The notes beneath the pieces were generated by a model, which ran no database searches, was not told the DNA's origin, and saw only the letters and a list, made by a program, of their open reading frames with translations. Made by a program: the position numbers and the translations under genes. From positions 1 to 35,585 of the forward strand of contig JACQSP010000090.1 of assembly GCA_016205905.1 (NCBI GenBank): DNA of 35,585 nucleotides, written 5' to 3'. The stretch is from Candidatus Woesearchaeota archaeon (GTDB lineage Archaea; Nanobdellota; Nanobdellia; Woesearchaeales; DSVV01). Shown here one piece after another: positions 33,529 to 35,585 of the stretch. Each line of letters begins with the position of its first letter. The stretch's first letter is position 1.

Positions 33529-34419
33529 ATGTTCAAACACAAAAAAATAGGAATAGCCTTGCCAAGGCTTACGCAAATTATATTAGTTTTGCTGTTTTTT
33601 GTAGTTGCATTAGTCATTGCTCCAAGCTTTCTTAACTGGTCTGGCCTTAAATCAAAGGAAGAGGTTTGCAAATTTACCATCGGCGCTGAACAGTTTACAA
33701 AGGTTGGCTCTTTCAGTGTTATAAGAGAAAAATGTCCGCAAAGCATGGTCAGGATTTACAATGACAAAATTACTAAAGACAATAAACCTTTGCTTTTCAA
33801 GTTTAAAGAGGGCGAAAAAACTAAAGTTCAGACAACATTCAAGGATAATTTGCCAGAAGAGTTTGTTTATAAAACAATAGCTGACGAGATGGTTGCCTGT
33901 TGGGATAAGTTTGGCCATGGCAAAGATATATTTGAAGCTAATTTATTGTCTACAAACAAAAATTGTGCAAGATGCGCTTTGGTAACATTTGATACAAGTG
34001 TCATAAGTTCTGGTTCTTTAGGGTCTTTAAATGGCTTGGCTGAGTTTATGTCTTCAAACAAAATTTCAACAGGCAACATTAAGGGAACAGAAGAAACATA
34101 TTATGATCATCTTTATATGAATGCAATATCTAATAAACACAATGTTAATCTGCTTGTGATGGGCGAGGACTTGTCAGATTCTGATGAAAAAGATCTGCCG
34201 TATTACAATCCTCAATCCTTGGTTATTGATCAATCAACTTCAATAATACCTTCTGCAGTTAACACTTATCAGATTATTTACTTTGTCTGGAGCACACAGA
34301 ATATTGTTCAGGTATTAGATCAATTAGGATTAAGCGCAAAATTTGACGTGCCTTCACATATATTTTTAGTTCAAAGCGACCAAATCACCACTTATCTTTG
34401 CGAGAATTTTATGAATTAA
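33529..34419 (+). CDS. Class III signal (prepilin-like) protein, 296 aa; paralog of 34517..35482
   Basis: MFKHKKIG|IALPRLTQIILVLLFFVVALVIA. Shared core ...C...CP...IADEMVACWDKF...C.RCALVTFD...LNGLAEFM... Confidence 0.55.
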   Translation: MFKHKKIGIALPRLTQIILVLLFFVVALVIAPSFLNWSGLKSKEEVCKFTIGAEQFTKVGSFSVIREKCPQSMVRIYNDKITKDNKPLLFKFKEGEKTKVQTTFKDNLPEEFVYKTIADEMVACWDKFGHGKDIFEANLLSTNKNCARCALVTFDTSVISSGSLGSLNGLAEFMSSNKISTGNIKGTEETYYDHLYMNAISNKHNVNLLVMGEDLSDSDEKDLPYYNPQSLVIDQSTSIIPSAVNTYQIIYFVWSTQNIVQVLDQLGLSAKFDVPSHIFLVQSDQITTYLCENFMN

Positions 34420-34516
34420 TAAGAAACAATTAAAAAATTCAATAACTTATTTAATAAATAAAAAAAGATAAAGATAAAATAGAAAAGGATAAAATAAATC
34501 AACCATTTTTTTAGCC

Positions 34517-35482
34517 ATGAACATTAAAACAAAAACCTTAAAAATATGCACTAAAAAATCACAAATGATGGCGTTTACCCTCGTCGGTGTACTTATTATG
34601 CTGTTTTTATTGTTTATTTTATTGTTTGAATCAAATCTTTTTATTAAATACAAAGAAACAACAGCTCTTAATAATTGCAGGCAATCAACAATGCTGGCAT
34701 CTTTCAAACAGCCGGCTGTTTTGGCAACATTAACAGGAGCGCAGACGCCAATTGAGAAATCCGGCAAGGACATAAATTGCCCAATTATCTATAAAAATAT
34801 TAAAGAATACAATGGCAAAGATAACCCCAAAGAAAGTGATAATTATTACATAAACAAAATTATAGCCGACCAAATGGCAGGGTGTTGGTATAAATTTAAT
34901 GAAGGCAATGTAAATCTGTTCTCTAAAGTTCATGGTGAAACAACCGAATACTGTGTTGTTTGCAGCGTCGTCTCATTCGAAGAAGATGCGAAAAACCAAG
35001 AAGTGAATGGCTTGTTAAATTTTATGGCAACAAAAAAGACACCCGCATTATTTGGAGCAAAGACATACATAGAATATTTATCCGGCGTGGCAACAGACCA
35101 GGAAATGCAAAAAAAGATTAAAGAGCAGGATACTTCTTCAATAAACACAGCAAGTGATTATGTTATCTTATTCTATTATCCAAAAAAAGGGTATTATTCT
35201 GAGTCAGAAGCAGTTGTTTTAGGCTCAAAAGTAGGTGGTGGTGTTGGTGCAGCCCTTACTTTAGTGCTCAAATATCTGCCGCAGGCAAAAGCAGTCAGTT
35301 GGATTGGCGGCAAATGGTTTATTATGGGCTCGTCTGCAATGGGCGGTTGGATTGGCAGTTTCTTTGGCCACGGCAAAGGTTATGAGTATGGCGCTCAGGT
35401 TTTATTATTGCCTTACCATCAGGAAATGCTTAAAGAAATGAAATGCGAGATGCCAGTGCCGCTGGGTTATAGGCCGGAATGA
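34517..35482 (+). CDS. Class III signal (prepilin-like) protein, 321 aa; paralog with extra Gly-rich hydrophobic C-terminus
   Basis: ...CTKKS|QMMAFTLVGVLIMLFLLFILLF. Shared core IADQMAGCWYKF...YCVVCSVVSFEED...VNGLLNFM. C-terminal GSKVGGGVGAALTLVL...GGKWFIMGSSAMGGWIGSFFGHGKG. Confidence 0.55.
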   Translation: MNIKTKTLKICTKKSQMMAFTLVGVLIMLFLLFILLFESNLFIKYKETTALNNCRQSTMLASFKQPAVLATLTGAQTPIEKSGKDINCPIIYKNIKEYNGKDNPKESDNYYINKIIADQMAGCWYKFNEGNVNLFSKVHGETTEYCVVCSVVSFEEDAKNQEVNGLLNFMATKKTPALFGAKTYIEYLSGVATDQEMQKKIKEQDTSSINTASDYVILFYYPKKGYYSESEAVVLGSKVGGGVGAALTLVLKYLPQAKAVSWIGGKWFIMGSSAMGGWIGSFFGHGKGYEYGAQVLLLPYHQEMLKEMKCEMPVPLGYRPE

Positions 35483-35585
35483 TACTGATGTGATTTTCTG
35501 TTTATTGAGGATTTTGAATAATCTATGCATATAATCTTATGAAACTTTTTTTGATAAACTTTTTTCTGATTAACTTTATAAATAA

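Noticed and set aside
35539-35585. Possible start of another hydrophobic-N-terminus gene (MKLFLINFFLINFINK...) at the window edge
   Set aside because: Only 15 codons are visible, which is too short to support a call.

Overview
AT-rich archaeal chromosomal window, identified by MCM, TBP, RNase P Rpp30 and GGTGA-type Shine-Dalgarno sites. A small-genome DPANN-like archaeon is my guess only. 1-8.5 kb holds information-processing genes: an OB-fold/winged-helix RPA32-like protein, an MCM helicase interrupted by a 480-aa LAGLIDADG intein, TBP, a ThiI-like THUMP protein with a destroyed PP-loop, two gene fragments (Bro-N; DUF1016/YhcG N-terminus) and Rpp30. At 8.5-10.5 kb a 1.85-kb AbiEi/AbiEii-like cassette sits exactly at the 3' end of the Rpp30 gene. 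It is bracketed by a diverged 130-bp direct duplication of that gene's last 41 codons. 10.5-35.5 kb is a cell-surface locus. It holds three small exported proteins (- strand), three giant Cys-rich exported proteins (1248, 765, 2306 aa) and five consecutive genes with class III (prepilin-like) N-termini. These are followed by an AbrB-PhoU-type regulator, a large TPR/kinase-like membrane protein, a 41-codon mini-pilin-like ORF missing from the ORF track, and two paralogous pilin-like proteins. No assembly ATPase, platform protein or prepilin peptidase is in the window. Nearly every intergenic spacer carries a palindromic MITE-like repeat. There are two interlocking families with at least 12 copies, and three copies have 8-bp target-site duplications. 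I recognised no rRNA, tRNA or CRISPR array. All coordinates and alignments were done by eye, and CDS ends include the stop codon as in the ORF track.
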